NCBI GenBank assembly: GCA_947258875.1
Contig: CAMYKB010000001.1
Coordinates: 120,037-184,036, forward strand
Length of the DNA: 64,000 nucleotides
Direction of reading: 5' to 3'
Source: an uncultured Gammaproteobacteria bacterium
Lineage (GTDB): Bacteria > Pseudomonadota > Gammaproteobacteria > CAMYKB01
Both the position numbers and the translations under genes were made by a program. Below, piece by piece: positions 41,324 to 50,608 of the stretch (position 1 is the stretch's first letter; each line of letters opens with the position of its first letter). The notes below the pieces were generated by a model, which was not told the DNA's origin, did no database searches, and was given only the letters and a program-made list of their open reading frames with translations.

Positions 41324-43465
41324 ATGGAAAAGCAATCGCCACTAAATGCCGAACAAATGGAAGACCGGTTGGAAGAGCTGGTTGACGCAGCACTCAGCTC
41401 CCGCCGCACAGCGACTGAACCCGCCCGGCAAATGGCCACATTCGAGCGTGAGCGCCAGGAATTCATCCTCCACTGGGTATCTGCGACCGCCAAATCAAAT
41501 TCTGAGATGGCCTACCAACTCGCCGCCCATGCACATGAAGCCTTCAATCATATGGACAACAACGGGGTGGAGGCATGGATTATCCAGGCAATGGATCTGT
41601 TTGATAACAAGGGACTGACTGCAGGTATCGCCAGCCTCAAGGAGGCGCAACAATTTGCCAGGCACCGCCAGCAATGCGTGACTGGCCTTGCATTGGAAGA
41701 TATATCTGCTGTCCTGGAAAATTTTATTCATGGCCTGGATGGCCGGCTGTTACGGGTTGAGGCCGGCGAACATTGCTACACCGACACAGAAGTAGTGTAT
41801 CTACCCAGCTTCCTGGGACTCTTTCCCGAACGCGAGGATAATTTCCGCCTCTACAAAGCTATGGCTGTACATCAATGGGCGCAAACCTGGTATGGGACAC
41901 TGCGAGCCGAACACTTACAGGCTATGATATCGCACGGCCAACCAGGCACCGCTCTGCGCCATTATCATGCGCTTGAAACCGTACGGCTCGATGCCTGCAT
42001 CGAGCGTGAGTTACCCGGTATGTTTCGTGATATGCGCAGGCTGCGCAGCCAGCTCGACACCCCCAAGCAGGATGACCGCTGGCAACAGTTCACACAAATC
42101 CTGCGATCACCGTATGCCACCGCTGATGACAGTCGGTCACTGTTGCTTGAGCTCGACCACAGAATTATTCCGCAAGCCTGTTGCTATCAGGGGACAATGA
42201 TTGCTGACGTAACACTGGCTGTCATCAACCAACGGATCGAGCAGGACAAACACAAGCTGCGTATCGCCCTCGCCCGCCTCAAGGAGGAGTTGGAGGATGC
42301 CGATTCCTCCAGTTGGTCACAACAGGGCGACGTCAGTGAAACAGAAGTAGCGCCCGTTAAGCTACGCAAGGTCGCTGCCAGCGACCTACCGGAAAATTTC
42401 ACTTACGAACTGGAACTGGGCGACACCCCAATCGAAATCCCGCCGGATGTCCGCAGCACAGTGGCATCCATTATCCAGGACCTGGGCGCTATCCCTGATG
42501 ATTACCTGGTGGCAGCAGGCCAGGGCAGTTACAGCATGGCAACGCAGCCAAGCCATGACCCGGACGACGTATGGAAAGGCACCTATCATGAAGAAGGCGC
42601 GGCGCTCTACAACGAGTGGGATCATGCACGCCAGCATTATCGCAAAAACTGGTGTGTCTTGCGCGAACGCGATGTGCATCCAAAATTCGACGATTTTGCT
42701 GAAAAGACGCTTGGCAAACATCGCGGGCTGGTTAAATCCCTGCGCCGCACTTTCGAGGCGTTACGCGGCGAAGACAAGTTGATGAAAAAACAGCCCTACG
42801 GAGAAGACATTGATATCGACGCGTTGGTCGAAGCCTATGCGGATGTCAGCTCAGGCCTTGAGATGAGTGATAACGTCTTTACCAAGATGCATAAGGAGGA
42901 ACGTGATATCGCAGTCATGTTTATGGTGGACATGAGCGGTTCCACCAAGGGCTGGATTAACGATGCCGAACGCGAAACGCTGATACTATTATGTGAAGCT
43001 CTTGAAACCTTGGGGGATCGTTACGCCATCTACGGCTTTTCCGGCATGACACGCAAGCGTTGCGAGCTCTTTAGGATCAAACGCTTTGACGAGCACTATA
43101 GCGATGATGTCCGCGCACGCATCAGCGGCATACTGCCACAAGACTACACCCGCATGGGCGTTGCAATCCGGCACCTCAGTCGTTTATTACATGAAATCGA
43201 GGCACGCACCAAACTATTGATCACATTATCGGATGGCAAACCGGATGATTACACCGACTACCGAGGCGAGTACGGTATAGAAGATACGCGCCAGGCACTG
43301 TTCGAGGCACGCCGCGATGGCATTCATCCATTCTGCATCACCATCGATGACGACGCAGAAGAGTATCTGCCACACATGTATGGTGCCGTAAATTACGTCG
43401 TCATCAATGACGTCAGGAAATTACCGTTAAAGGTCTCCGATATTTACCGGAAATTAACAACCTGA
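41324..43465 (+). CDS. CbbO/NorD-family VWA-domain protein
   Basis: YTDTEVVYLP, YNEWD...YRKNWC, GEDIDIDALV, MIDAS DMSGST...YTRMG...LSDGKPD and YLPHMYG. Confidence 0.93.
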   Translation: MEKQSPLNAEQMEDRLEELVDAALSSRRTATEPARQMATFERERQEFILHWVSATAKSNSEMAYQLAAHAHEAFNHMDNNGVEAWIIQAMDLFDNKGLTAGIASLKEAQQFARHRQQCVTGLALEDISAVLENFIHGLDGRLLRVEAGEHCYTDTEVVYLPSFLGLFPEREDNFRLYKAMAVHQWAQTWYGTLRAEHLQAMISHGQPGTALRHYHALETVRLDACIERELPGMFRDMRRLRSQLDTPKQDDRWQQFTQILRSPYATADDSRSLLLELDHRIIPQACCYQGTMIADVTLAVINQRIEQDKHKLRIALARLKEELEDADSSSWSQQGDVSETEVAPVKLRKVAASDLPENFTYELELGDTPIEIPPDVRSTVASIIQDLGAIPDDYLVAAGQGSYSMATQPSHDPDDVWKGTYHEEGAALYNEWDHARQHYRKNWCVLRERDVHPKFDDFAEKTLGKHRGLVKSLRRTFEALRGEDKLMKKQPYGEDIDIDALVEAYADVSSGLEMSDNVFTKMHKEERDIAVMFMVDMSGSTKGWINDAERETLILLCEALETLGDRYAIYGFSGMTRKRCELFRIKRFDEHYSDDVRARISGILPQDYTRMGVAIRHLSRLLHEIEARTKLLITLSDGKPDDYTDYRGEYGIEDTRQALFEARRDGIHPFCITIDDDAEEYLPHMYGAVNYVVINDVRKLPLKVSDIYRKLTT

Positions 43466-43497
43466 ATGCCTCTTGACTTAAGGAGCATCAGGTTATG

Positions 43498-43953
43498 TCA
43501 GCTGCGCCGCCGCTTACGGCGCACTTCGAAACCAACAATCGAGGGCATGATCTTATCGTAAGGGATATTTTCCAGGCCCCCAAATGTGGTGATGGCTTCA
43601 TCCACCAGCGAAATTACGTCTGCGACGAAGGCACTATCCAAGGGTGCAGAATCAATTAATCTCTGCAACCCCAGCAAACCACCGCTCTGTACCTTGATTT
43701 CGGCATTATGCGGCAACGGGCCGGAGATACGTGTCAGCTGCAAGGCGAATCGCGCATTGCTACGCAGGCATTTCAGTATATCGGAACAATTCGCCAATCC
43801 TTGTACCGACTGGCAGGCCACACCTTCCCTGTCAGCAAGATTAAAGCGGTGGGATTGCCGGCAGGCGCAGCCACGCAAGTTAATCGCCTTCTCAAAGACA
43901 CAACGCCGTTCATTAATTTCATTGTATGCTGCGCGGTATTCGTGTTCTTCCAT
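43498..43953 (-). CDS. Cys-rich hypothetical protein
   Basis: RCVFEKA...CAC...REGVAC...C, LPH...KVQSGGLLGL and a basic C-terminus. Confidence 0.8.
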   Translation of the reverse strand: MEEHEYRAAYNEINERRCVFEKAINLRGCACRQSHRFNLADREGVACQSVQGLANCSDILKCLRSNARFALQLTRISGPLPHNAEIKVQSGGLLGLQRLIDSAPLDSAFVADVISLVDEAITTFGGLENIPYDKIMPSIVGFEVRRKRRRS

Positions 43954-43976
43954 AAAGCGATATCGTCAAACAGCGG

Positions 43977-44210
43977 CTATTTTTCCCACTCACGCATGAT
44001 GGGCTCTGGGCGTTGCTGTGTGAGTTGTTGTTCTGCCAACTCATCGCTCTCGGCAAAAATCACTTTGATAGTGACATCAGCAGGCTGCTCGGTACGCAGA
44101 CTACGCGCATGGTTTTTCGCTTCCCGGAACGCATCAAAGCTATCGAGTAATTCGAGGCTTCTGCCCCGTGAAGCGGATTCATCGGTTATTCTAAAGACAA
44201 AATAAGGCAT
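43977..44210 (-). CDS. Small hypothetical protein
   Basis: MPYFVFRI...FREAKNHARSLR...KVIFA...AEQQL...WEK. Start set at ATG 44210. Confidence 0.72.
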   Translation of the reverse strand: MPYFVFRITDESASRGRSLELLDSFDAFREAKNHARSLRTEQPADVTIKVIFAESDELAEQQLTQQRPEPIMREWEK

Positions 44211-44365
44211 GAAATTTATAGACTCCCGGGATTGCACCAATAATACCCTGCGGCATATCCAGGCAGTCATTATAGCATTCGCAGGAGTCTGCGTGTTTCC
44301 CGTAATGCTATTGCTGACCATCGCAAGCCCGTATAATACTAAAACACAGGTTTCCGGAGTAAGGT

Positions 44366-44671
44366 ATGGCAAATGAATTCATTGCAGCCGCAGAAATCGA
44401 TGGCGTTCCGATGGGTAAAATGAACAAAATCCGCGTTAACGGCCGCCCTATCTCGCTGACCAATGGTGAAGCCGCCATTTATGCCACCGATGACACCTGC
44501 AGACACGCAGACGCATTACTTTATCTGGCCTGCTTCAAGGGCGAACTAGTGAATAGCAGCCTTCACGGTAGCCGCTTAAATGTGGGCACTGTACAAACCA
44601 CAGAGAAAACCGTCACCGAATCGGCCAAAATCTATCCGAGTCAGTATTATCAACAACACAATTCTTATTAA
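44366..44671 (+). pseudogene. Degenerate Rieske [2Fe-2S] ferredoxin
   Basis: IYATDDTCRH keeps CxH, but the second motif reads NSSLHGSRL instead of CPLHGSRF and the C-terminus is aberrant. Confidence 0.6.
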
Positions 44672-44677
44672 AGCCAC

Positions 44678-45478
44678 GTGAATACACTATCAAAACCCGA
44701 ACGCCTGCAGGATATAGTACGACTAGCCGCTCAGGAGGAATTACTGCCGCGCTTTGAAAAGGTCGGGCATAAAATCAAGGCCGATGGCAGCATCCTCACC
44801 GAAGCCGATCTCGCGATGGACCAGCGACTCAAGAGTGAACTCTCCAGCCTCTGGCCTGAGACGGGCTTTCTCAGCGAGGAAATGACTGTCGATGAACAGG
44901 AAAATTTATTGCGTAACCCTCGGCAACCGCTGTGGTGTCTGGACCCACTCGATGGCACCAGTAATTTTGCCGCCGGAATTCCATTATTTGGTGTATCGCT
45001 TGCACTCATCAGCGATGGCAAACCGCTTATCAGCGTAATCTACGACCCGATAAAAGATGAATGCTTTTATGCAGAAAGCGGCAGAGGCGTCTGGCTGAAC
45101 AAACAACGATTGATTCCAAACAAGCATGCCCGTCCGCTCAAACAATCCATCGCAATGATCGACCTGAAGCGGCTACCTGCGCAACTGGCGACTCATTTGA
45201 TTACCCAACCCCCCTACGGATCGCAACGCAATTTCGGCTCCTGCGCACTGGAATGGTGCTGGCTCGCCGCCGGCCGCGGGCACTTATCCCTGCACGGCGG
45301 GCAAAAACTATGGGACTATGCAGCTGGCGTCTTGATACTGGAAGAAGCCGGTGGTTACAGTTGCACCTTGCAAGCCGAGCCGGTATTTAAACCTGTATTG
45401 TCTCCACGCTCGGTGATCGCCTCGCTGGATGAAGATTTATGGCGGGCTTGGAAGCTATGGATTAATGAACAGCGGTAA
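44678..45478 (+). CDS. Inositol monophosphatase / CysQ-like phosphatase
   Basis: TEAD, LSEE, WCLDPLDGTSNF and WDYAAG...EEAGG. Confidence 0.93.
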   Translation: MNTLSKPERLQDIVRLAAQEELLPRFEKVGHKIKADGSILTEADLAMDQRLKSELSSLWPETGFLSEEMTVDEQENLLRNPRQPLWCLDPLDGTSNFAAGIPLFGVSLALISDGKPLISVIYDPIKDECFYAESGRGVWLNKQRLIPNKHARPLKQSIAMIDLKRLPAQLATHLITQPPYGSQRNFGSCALEWCWLAAGRGHLSLHGGQKLWDYAAGVLILEEAGGYSCTLQAEPVFKPVLSPRSVIASLDEDLWRAWKLWINEQR

Positions 45479-45500
45479 CAGCGTTACCAACAAACACGCA

Positions 45501-45833
45501 ATGGAGAAAAAAACAAATATAAAGCCACTGAAAAATCATATCAAACTCTCCAGGCTGAATTTCGCGCTTGGCATTATGAGCCTCACTTTGTTCATTATAA
45601 TTTTTATGCTCTTCAAAAAAACCGATATCGCCGTGCTATGTTTGCCATCTGCGTTTTTTTATTTCGCACTAGCCATCGCCACCCGGCATGAACTCGAACT
45701 GGCAAGAAAGATCTGTGTCGGACTGGGTGTACTGATGATATTTGGATTTCCAGTGGGCACTATCGTCGCCATGTATTTTTATTTACCATATACAGTATGG
45801 GACAAGAGCAATAGCGAATCAGCTCAGGCGTAG
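45501..45833 (+). CDS. Small membrane protein
   Basis: Three to four hydrophobic segments, ARK...FGFPVGTI. Start uncertain (45465 or 45501). Confidence 0.7.
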   Translation: MEKKTNIKPLKNHIKLSRLNFALGIMSLTLFIIIFMLFKKTDIAVLCLPSAFFYFALAIATRHELELARKICVGLGVLMIFGFPVGTIVAMYFYLPYTVWDKSNSESAQA

Positions 45834-45858
45834 CTTCCAATAGTTTCAGATATTATCA

Positions 45859-46452
45859 ATGTCATCCTCTTCCAAAAAAGTAATCTATGCCGCCCTGGTG
45901 GGGAATTTCTCGATTCACGAATTTACCAAGGCCAAGGGCAAGTGGGGGTATATCGAAGCTGTACAACGCGGCAAGGACCCGTCCCTGTTTGTGGTGCTGT
46001 TCGAAGATTCTGCAGCCTTACTGGGCTTAGTGGTTGCCTTTGCAGGGGTATTGTTATCACAGCTGACAGGCATCCTATATTTCGATGGCATAGCATCGAT
46101 CCTGATCGGCACCATACTTGGCACTACAGCCGCCTGGTTGGCCTATGAGACGAAAGGTTTGCTGATCGGCGAAAGCGCCAACCAAAAAGTACGCCAGGGT
46201 ATTCGCGAAATCGCGCTAACTTACCCTGAGATCAGCCATGTAAACGAACTCCTGACCATGCACATGGGACCTGAGTTTATTCTGGTGAATATCAGCGTGA
46301 ACTTTATTGATGATGCCATAGCCGATGATATCGAGAATGCGATATCGCGGCTGGACCGGCACATTAAACACGACTACCCAAACGTCAAGCGGGTGTTTGT
46401 TGAGGCTGAGGCGATTAAGCACACGACTAACCCGCAAACTTTATCGGGTTGA
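45859..46452 (+). pseudogene. Cation diffusion facilitator with an internal in-frame deletion
   Basis: N-terminus KKVIYAALVGN joins directly to EFTKAKG...KDPSLFVVLFEDSAA. The TM2 (HSxxD) to TM4 region is absent. Confidence 0.75.
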
Positions 46453-46515
46453 CTTGTCCGCATCGATACCCAACAGTGTAACAACATCAGCAGAAACCAT
46501 GTCGCAGGAGTAACA

Positions 46516-47259
46516 ATGAGCCGTTGGGTTGAAGCCCGGGTTGTCGCCAACAAGTACTGGACCGATCGTTTGTATTCATTACAACTCGAAGCTGACGAGG
46601 TGCCCTTCGAGGCAGGTCAGTTCGGCCGACTGGCACTGGATATAGATGATAAACGTGTCGCAAGGCCGTATTCATTTGTCAACGCACCCCACGAAAGACC
46701 TTATGAATTTTATTCCATAACGGTACCAGATGGCCCACTGTCTAACCGACTGCATGCTTTACAACCTGGTGACACAGTATGGCTGGCGGTCAAGGGTTCC
46801 GGATTCTTTACGCTCTCCGAAGTCCCCGAGGCCAAACACCTTTGGATGTTGTCTACGGGAACCGCATTAGGCCCCTTCCTCTCGATACTCAAGACCAAAA
46901 CGCCCTGGCAACGATTTGAAAAGATCGTACTGGTGCATGCCGTTCGACATGCAGAGGAACTGGCTTACCGCGATACGATCGATGCTTTCTCAGAAGCGCA
47001 CAACAAACAATTCACGTACATTCCGTTTGTCAGTCGCGAGGACACCAATTTTGCTATTCGCGGGCGGATTCCCGCAGCAATCGAGGATGGTCAGTTGGAG
47101 GAAAAAGCCGGCATTAAACTCACTACAGAAGATACGCAAATAATGTTATGCGGCAATCCTGACATGGTGAAAGACACGCGCAAGATTTTGGAAAAGCGCG
47201 GTTTCAGAAAGAACCGCCGCAAAGAACCCGGGCATATCACCACGGAAAACTACTGGTAG
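46516..47259 (+). CDS. fpr: Ferredoxin-NADP+ reductase
   Basis: FEAGQF, RPYS, GPLS, STGTALGPF, VSRE, LCGNPDMV and ENYW. Confidence 0.96.
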   Translation: MSRWVEARVVANKYWTDRLYSLQLEADEVPFEAGQFGRLALDIDDKRVARPYSFVNAPHERPYEFYSITVPDGPLSNRLHALQPGDTVWLAVKGSGFFTLSEVPEAKHLWMLSTGTALGPFLSILKTKTPWQRFEKIVLVHAVRHAEELAYRDTIDAFSEAHNKQFTYIPFVSREDTNFAIRGRIPAAIEDGQLEEKAGIKLTTEDTQIMLCGNPDMVKDTRKILEKRGFRKNRRKEPGHITTENYW

Positions 47260-47279
47260 ACGAGCATTACACAGAAACT

Positions 47280-48164
47280 TCAAAAAGCACTCAGCTTCAA
47301 TACGATATTCAGCCCATAATTACTGGTTTCGCTGCCGGGTTCAAAGATGCTCATATTGACGGGTACGCCGCCGCTGGTAAGCGTTTGATTGTCGCTACGG
47401 CCAAAGCCCCAGGTCTCATAGTAGGGTTCAACCAGCAACTCCCATCTATCAGCGAGCTCTTGCGTGAATACCAGTCCGATTCTCGCACCATTCTGCCGCC
47501 CCAGCTCGAACTCAAGATTGTCGTAACCCGCGAAGCCCATGAAGTCTACTTCGATCTCAGGCAACACCGTGTGTGTCACCCTCACATCAAGCTGCAATGA
47601 TCTGGAACCGCGTTGGTAGGTGCCGATTTTTGCCCCCATGAGGAAATAGCCCCACTGATAGATTTCCAACAAACCGGCAACAGCGCGCCCATCAGGCAGA
47701 CGTGTGGGCAGGATATTGCGTTCCCAGCGGTGCCAGCCCAGACCACCATAGAGTACATGCTGCAGACCGTTCTCCTGAATTACATCATAGCCCACCCAAA
47801 TCACATCATCGGTAATCGAGGCCTCGGATTGTGTCTTTAGTGGAATCCCGCCACGCAGGGTCTGGCCCGTATAATCAACCGTATCACTATAGTAATCCCG
47901 CTCCAATGTGACCCGCCAGGGATACTTGGCCAGCGAGAACCCCAACAGCATACCTGGCAGCAGACCGTCTTCGCGATCCAGCAAAACACCATTGTCGGTG
48001 AATTCCTGGTAACCAAAATCAACAACTGAGGCCCCGAAATAAACATGTACCTCCAGATCATCAGCTGCGGTTACGGATTGAAGTGGAGAAACCATAACCA
48101 GCAAACAGCCATACAGTAGCTGCCATACTGCGCAGGATCTGGATTGTCGTTGATATGATGGCAT
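47280..48164 (-). CDS. Outer-membrane beta-barrel protein
   Basis: Signal-like N-terminus, alternating beta pattern, DYTGQT, WERNI, EPYY, EPGSET and a C-terminal Phe. Confidence 0.75.
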   Translation of the reverse strand: MPSYQRQSRSCAVWQLLYGCLLVMVSPLQSVTAADDLEVHVYFGASVVDFGYQEFTDNGVLLDREDGLLPGMLLGFSLAKYPWRVTLERDYYSDTVDYTGQTLRGGIPLKTQSEASITDDVIWVGYDVIQENGLQHVLYGGLGWHRWERNILPTRLPDGRAVAGLLEIYQWGYFLMGAKIGTYQRGSRSLQLDVRVTHTVLPEIEVDFMGFAGYDNLEFELGRQNGARIGLVFTQELADRWELLVEPYYETWGFGRSDNQTLTSGGVPVNMSIFEPGSETSNYGLNIVLKLSAF

Positions 48165-48184
48165 GATCGTCCTTGTCATGAGAT

Positions 48185-48215
48185 AAAAAAAGCGCAGGCA
48201 AATTCGCCTGCGCTT
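48185..48215 (-). terminator. Intrinsic terminator after the lipoprotein gene
   Basis: Minus strand AGCGCAGGC-loop-GCCTGCGCT followed by a T-run. Confidence 0.8.
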
Positions 48216-48237
48216 AATCATACTATGTCTGTGTAAA

Positions 48238-49236
48238 TTATGTACTCAGATCCGCCCAATCATAGGACTGCGTTTCGTCATCGTAGGCACCATCACCATC
48301 GCTGTCGATATCCACCTGCACCTGGAACCCTGTGGTACCGAATTCATTGCTCAGCACCGTCAGCCTGAGGCCGGAATTCGCGCCGCTGACGGTCAACTGA
48401 CCGGCATGAGGATATGTTTCAGCAAAGTAATCAAGAACGAACGGCGAGTTCGTGACCACCGTGATGATGCCACCCAGATCGGTGCTATCAAGCGTGTAGT
48501 CGGCGGTCGATGACTCCCTGCCTATGGTGTACTCATCAATGATATTGAAGTTGAACGCACTCATCACAAAGCTGCTGCCAGCAGTAGTGACACTGAGGCG
48601 GGAGCCCGAGATGGTCACGCTGTCATCTTCGAATCCGTCGCCGGTGACATCCGCAAATTCAATGCTGATATTAAAGCCGCCATTCATAACGGCACTTTCA
48701 CCGCTCTCGGTAATCGAAAAATCGTTAAAATCAAGCGTAAGCGAAATAATAGTCGGATTATTCAGGTCGTCGAAACTAAGACCAGAATATGAGATAACGC
48801 CATCCAGGACCGTTCCAAAACCATCATCACAATTGCTATAAGTAATATCTCCTGCGAGCGCAGTATCATCGTAACTCATGGTTCCGCCGCCCGCGCAATT
48901 CTCCGTAATCAAGGCACCCGCAACAATGAGCCCATTGTCCGTATTACGGTTCATGAGGTCCCGCGCAATCCGCGAAGACACACCGGCGAGCGTCGGTTGG
49001 TCACTAACAGATGTGGAGACACTGCCTGTGCCCCTTAACAGGGGGACACCCAAATCGGTAAATCCGGAGTCGGTCAATGAATACGCCTCGTAGGCAACTT
49101 GTTTGGCATTTGTCGGCGTGATTGCAATCGGGTCCGATGTCGGCACAAAATCGCTCCCGCCGCCTCCACCACAGGCGGTCAATGCAAATGTAATACCCGT
49201 AATGGCAAGAATTTCTCTGGTAAATTTAGACTTCAT
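48238..49236 (-). CDS. Acidic beta-rich lipoprotein
   Basis: Lipobox LTAC-GGGGGS, CAGGG...YSNC, YPHAGQLTVSG and DSDGDG. Confidence 0.85.
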   Translation of the reverse strand: MKSKFTREILAITGITFALTACGGGGGSDFVPTSDPIAITPTNAKQVAYEAYSLTDSGFTDLGVPLLRGTGSVSTSVSDQPTLAGVSSRIARDLMNRNTDNGLIVAGALITENCAGGGTMSYDDTALAGDITYSNCDDGFGTVLDGVISYSGLSFDDLNNPTIISLTLDFNDFSITESGESAVMNGGFNISIEFADVTGDGFEDDSVTISGSRLSVTTAGSSFVMSAFNFNIIDEYTIGRESSTADYTLDSTDLGGIITVVTNSPFVLDYFAETYPHAGQLTVSGANSGLRLTVLSNEFGTTGFQVQVDIDSDGDGAYDDETQSYDWADLST

Positions 49237-49495
49237 ATCAGTTTCCCCAATTTAGGACAGCTCAGGAATCGCAAACAGGTCCGGATTGTCTCAAACCCGA
49301 AGCCAGAGGCTGCCCCCAAACCAGACAGGCGGTCGAATATGCACGACAATGCGCTACGCATTCGGTAGCCATTGCTACACTCTAGCCGCAGACCCACACA
49401 TAACACACACCCCCTTCTAAAAGCGTGTTCCCGGTATCACCCCGGACAATCAAAATCCATTGATTATCAAACTGTTAAGTCCATGCCTGTGCAAC

Positions 49496-49538
49496 TTGAC
49501 TTGTATCAATAATTGCCCCCGCAATCTCGATCTATGAT
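49496..49538 (+). promoter_or_regulatory. Class II FNR-type promoter
   Basis: TTGAC-TTGT-ATCAA (49496-49509) with -10 TATGAT (49533-49538) at about -42 spacing. Confidence 0.7.
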
Positions 49539-49584
49539 CTATATTAAGTAGACATGTTTTTCACACCAAGCCAGGGGGTGAACC

Positions 49585-50055
49585 ATGGCAATGGCAGCGA
49601 CGTTACGCGAATTTCTTGATGAACAAGGTATGGAGTATGAGGTGATCGCTCACCCCTACACCACAGGCGGACTGCAAACCGCTGAATCGGCACATATTCC
49701 GGGCGACCAACTGGCCAAAAGCGTGTTATTGGAAGACGAGAACGGTTATCTGATAGCAGTACTGCCGGCGACTCATCGCATCGAACTGAACACATTACGC
49801 GAGCAACTCAATCGCGATCTGGAACTCGCCACGGAGGACGAGATCTGCAATCTATTCGATGACTGTGAAACAGGCGCCATGCCTCCGATAGGCGAACCCT
49901 ATGGAATTGACGTGGTATATGACAACAGCCTGACGGAAAACCAGGATGTCTTCTTTGAGGCAGGCGATCACACCGGCCTGGTACACGTCAGTAGCTGGGA
50001 TTTTCAGGAGCTGATGCCTTCAGCAGAACACGGAGATTTCAGCAGACACATTTAG
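49585..50055 (+). CDS. YbaK/ProX-family aminoacyl-tRNA deacylase-like protein
   Basis: LAKSVLL, LATEDEI..LFDDCETGAMPPIG and FEAGDH. Confidence 0.9.
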   Translation: MAMAATLREFLDEQGMEYEVIAHPYTTGGLQTAESAHIPGDQLAKSVLLEDENGYLIAVLPATHRIELNTLREQLNRDLELATEDEICNLFDDCETGAMPPIGEPYGIDVVYDNSLTENQDVFFEAGDHTGLVHVSSWDFQELMPSAEHGDFSRHI

Positions 50056-50315
50056 TAGCCGCATGTATAGGACACCACAACAATGCGCACCATGAGTGAA
50101 CAGGCCCAGGTTCCAGGAATGGGGTGGCTGCTGCGCACCACTTTATATTCACCACACTATATGAGTACTGCTGTTGCATTCATTCCAGGCAACAGCAATA
50201 CACTGTATACACCGATCGCGCCCTAGCTACGCGACTCAATTTACAGGTCATTAGATAGCAACAATAGAGTTTCACAGAGCATATTTAACAGTCCAAGTAA
50301 AAGTAAGGAGGACCT

Positions 50316-50546
50316 ATGAGAATACAAAGCACCGATCCGATCAGCATGCAGGATGTCCCGCAGCCGCTGGATGCACACCCCTTTGTTGTCGAAGGTGATG
50401 GCGACAGTGCATTAAAAATTTATTTTGAATCGGAAGACAATAAACAAATTTATCTGGATATCGAGGTCGAGAATCCTGCCAAAAACTTTGAGACCAGTCT
50501 GGATAATCCCTCAGGCATGGGTCCGGGAGACCACAAGCACGTATAG
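50316..50546 (+). CDS. Small hypothetical protein (YHS/TRASH-like pattern)
   Basis: Strong AAGGAGG RBS. TDPISMQDV...KIYFESEDNK..Y. Confidence 0.75.
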   Translation: MRIQSTDPISMQDVPQPLDAHPFVVEGDGDSALKIYFESEDNKQIYLDIEVENPAKNFETSLDNPSGMGPGDHKHV

Positions 50547-50572
50547 ACCAGGAGGCAAAAATCACAGCACAT

Positions 50573-50599
50573 AAAGGCCCGCAGTGCGGGCCTTTGTTT
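50573..50599. terminator. Bidirectional terminator
   Basis: AAAGGCCCGCA-G-TGCGGGCCTTT between convergent genes. Confidence 0.75.
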
Positions 50600-50608
50600 C
50601 AGGCTTTT

